Below are positions 20,142 to 23,076 of a stretch of DNA of 23,076 nucleotides, piece after piece. Position 1 is the stretch's first letter. Each line of letters begins with the position of its first letter. The notes below the pieces were generated by a model. The model saw only the letters and a program-made list of their open reading frames with translations, was not told the DNA's origin and did no database searches. This DNA is from Azolla caroliniana (taxonomy: Eukaryota > Plantae > Polypodiophyta): positions 1 through 23,076 of the forward strand of contig JBHGNT010000490.1 of NCBI GenBank assembly GCA_043228905.1. Reading direction: 5' to 3'. The position numbers and the translations under genes are program-made.

Positions 20142-23044
20142 TTAGCCTTCGTCCAAGATATCCAGAATACTCTGCTCCAAGGTATCCAATGGTTGTTCGG
20201 AACTCTGTGGCTGTTGTTGCAGCTGTTGCTATTGTGGTTGCGGCTCCTCCGATTGTTGCTCCTGAGAGGGCGCCAGTTCGGCTCCTGGTACTGGCGGTTG
20301 TGGCGGTGATTCCTCTATTAGCTGCTCCGCTGGAATTGACTCCGGTTGACTCGCCCCGGCCTTGTCTCCATCCAGTCCTTGCTCCGATGATGGCTCCTCA
20401 TTGCTGAGGTTGACGGTCGCCGCCTGCTTTGCTTCTTCTCTCCATAGCCTGGTCCACTCATAGCTCTCAAACTGGATTTGAGCATCCAGTCGATCATCAT
20501 CTAGTTGTGCTACAAGTTGCCGGACCACTGCTGACTGCTCCTCCGCCAGAGTTACAAAATATTCGGCTAACTCATCTCGTACGACAGTGAAGTCCTCCTT
20601 TGTTAGCATGTAGCAATCGTTGCCATCCCTCTGCCGGTTTTCTACGTCCGCCCGTAGCAACTGGAGCTCGGTTGTGTGCTTTGCCCATTTGTCCCACCAT
20701 TGCACGGAGCTTTCGTCAATCAAGCGTTTGGTCTTGTTCCTCCATGCCTGGACAATGAACTGGATCCGCTCCAATCCCATCTTCGATTTGTCCTCCGCGG
20801 CTTGCCGTTCGTCCTTCAACTGCTTGATCAGTGCCACCGTATCCACCTCCTGCTCCCGGTAATGTGACAATTGGGTTTGATAGGTGTTCTACAGCCTTTG
20901 CAAGAACATCGCCGCTCTTTCCTTCTCTTCATAATGTTGTTTATGCAGTTCCATCCGTTCTTGCGCGGCTTCCTCCAACAACGTGGTTCTTTCAGCCCAT
21001 TCCTCCGCTAGCGCCGTCTCAACTCGATGCACCTCCTGCAGGAGCTCAACCATCTTCTCCTGCTGTTTCTCGTGCTCCGTATCCAGGTGCTTGTAGTCCT
21101 GGTGTAGGTGCTCAAAATCATCAGTCTTCTGCTTCAGCTTTTGGTTGAGTTGCCGGCGAGCGCGGTCTTCCCGATCCTTCTGTTCACGCAGTTCTTCTTT
21201 AAGTCTTTCGATCTCTATTTCCGCCATCCGTCGCAGCTTCTCCTTTTCTTGCAACCCCTTCTCTTTCTCCTCCTTCAACTGATCATAGGCCTGATGCACT
21301 TTCCGCAGATTCTCTTCTGCCCGGCGGAGGTTCTCAGCAGTCTTTCGTTGCTCTTCTTCTGCCGCTTTCTTCAAGTCCCGCTCTCGGGTGCGTAATGCTT
21401 CCTGTGCAGCCAGCTCATCTCTTAATTCAGCAAGCTCTTTTGCTTGCGCCGCCATTATCTCCGGGACTGGTTCCGTCTCCGGGGTCTTATTGCTATGTAC
21501 AGGTGCCGATGCTTCTTTATTCTGTACATCTACCGGAGTCACCGGTGCTTGGAGCTGTGGTCCGGTTAAGGCCATTTTGGCCAATTCTTCTGTGGCCAGG
21601 TCCAAGTCTTGTTCTAGGCTCCGGATCCTTGACCGGGCCGTCTCTAGTTCTCCGGTTGTGACGAGCAACCAGTCCATCTACGCTTTCTCTTCCGCCTCTA
21701 TGTAGTGTACCACTCCGGCAATCTCCAATCCACCAGAGCCATTGGCTGCCGGTGCCCTGTTGTTGCGTCTGCCCAAAGGGTTGGCTGTTGGTGTCGCTAG
21801 CTAGTGGTCGGTTTTGTCCGGTTGCGTCGAGCTGCAACTCTGGCTCTTGTTAGTGACCACTTTTCTGGTTGCGGCTCTGTTGGCCGCTCCGCCTCTGAAT
21901 GCTCTTGGCTTGCTGGTGGGGTAGGCAACTGTACTTCTGGCGCTTGCATTTCGGGTCTTGCCGTATCCTGACCCGTCGGTAGAGGTTGTTGTGCAGGGAG
22001 CTCTGTGACCGGTTCTGTCCGGACCGGTTCCGGTTCCATCCTTGGTGCGGGTTGCTTAGTGCGGGGTACAGGCGTTCCATCCTTCTTTGGGTCCGAACGC
22101 TCCTCGACATGTTCGGAGGTGCTTGCCTTCTGGTGCCGTTGGAGGTGCTCTAATGGTTCCTCCTCCACTTCCTCCTCCTGAGTCCCGATGTTGATTTTCA
22201 CTACCAAGGGGTCCGACGCTTGTTGAACCGGTCGGCTAAGCTTGATCTTGATTGGCCGTACCGGTGGCTCCTCTTGCGTTTCCGCTTGCCGCTTCCTATT
22301 GGCGCACTCCTTTGCCGCTTGGTCTGTGTCGGCTGCCTTCCCTTTGGTTGCCTTAGAAGCCAATAGTTGCTGCCGTTTCGAGGCCGTTTTCGGGGTGCCT
22401 TCGGTTGTTCTTCCTCGCTTCGTGGTCTTGACGGGCTCGATAGGTGGCGCCAATAGGGTGAGCCATTGCGCCACTACCGTCCATATCTTCCGACCCTCTT
22501 TGCCTCTGACAGAGTCGATGGCCGCACAGAGGCCATTCGCAATCAGTACTGCCCAGTCCACCTTCACGCCTTCATATGTGGCTATGATTAAGCCGGCCCG
22601 ATTTTGGGGGATGCACGGGGGTCGAGGGTATACATGTCCAAATTCATGGAGCACACGGGCAATCTCTCGAAAGAGTGGATCTTCGCCGCCCTGTGTCCGG
22701 TAGGCCTTGCTTGCCAAAGAGTATTCCCCAAAATATTTTCGGAGCTGCTCCAAGGTAGGGTTGTCGATCGTGAAGATGCCCCCCTCCGGAAGGCCAATCA
22801 ACGCATGGATGGCCTCCTCCGTGATTAGCTTCGTGTCGATTTCTTTGACTATCTTCTCTGCCTCCCGGTGTGGTGGCGCCTCCATGATTGTGAGGAAACC
22901 TTCTAACCCGTGTTGCCTTAGCCACTTCTTGGCTGCTTCAGAGAGTGCTTGGCAGTCCATGGCTTCGTCGAGGTCGGTGAGCGCTGGTGAGGGTTGTGTA
23001 TGAGGAGTCTCTGTGTGCGTGGGCTCGCATCTGCTGATCTTCAA
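20142..23044 (-). pseudogene. Retrotransposon extra ORF (~950 codons originally): N-terminal globular domain, low-complexity linker, long coiled coil, helical domain and acidic tail
   Basis: ORFs 21797-23044, 20889-21677 and 20229-20870 are joined by TAG stops and frameshifts near 21700-21850; the frame ends ...SILDILDEG-TAA at 20142. The N-terminal ...GLEGFL...ITEEAIHALIGLP..G...VDWA.LI resembles domains in plant LTR-element extra ORFs (PMD/putative plant transposon protein-like); this family assignment is tentative. Confidence 0.7.
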
Positions 23045-23076
23045 TCGCCTGTCTACGTTTGTGCTCCTCTGCTGCT

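Larger units (their letters stand above)
19640..23076 (-). mobile_element. 3' part of a second gypsy-like LTR retrotransposon (3' LTR plus long extra ORF), running off the window
   Basis: TGTTA...TAACA 449-bp LTR-like unit with minus-strand TATA; abrupt change to GC-rich coding sequence; ORF homologous to the extra ORF of the nested element. The partner LTR and pol are not in the window. Confidence 0.8.

Noticed and set aside
20090-23003. + strand ORFs opposite the extra ORF (e.g. 22242-22703, 20090-20407)
   Set aside because: These are antisense shadows of a GC-rich coding strand; there is no gag-like sequence after the + strand PBS-like motif.

Overview
Land-plant nuclear DNA. It is intron-containing, microsatellite-rich and TE-rich; a seed-free plant such as a fern is plausible but is only an inference. 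The left part holds one intact 4-exon minus-strand gene for a ~266-aa RIN4/NOI-family protein (2717-5231) with two NOI/AvrRpt2-cleavage motifs and a C-terminal Cys pair. The right part is a retrotransposon cluster. A decayed Ty1/copia element (10279-18650, minus strand, TSD AAATG, tRNA-iMet PBS, normal PPT) carries a nested non-autonomous Ty3/gypsy-like element (13214-16926, TSD TTTGC). The 3' end of a second, distantly related gypsy-like element follows (19640 to window end). The most striking observation is that both gypsy-like elements, which gag, extra-ORF and TATA orientation place on the minus strand, lack a polypurine tract before their 3' LTR. In its place each has a copy of a tRNA-Arg-like 3' end (...GTCCCACxxGCGTGCCA) ending 2 nt from the LTR, i.e. 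an inverted second primer-binding site. The complete nested element has tRNA-Arg PBS-like motifs at both inner LTR borders. This suggests a PPT-less 'dual-PBS' LTR retrotransposon family in which a tRNA, or RNA end-pairing, might prime plus-strand synthesis. The two elements also share a homologous 3' coiled-coil extra ORF.
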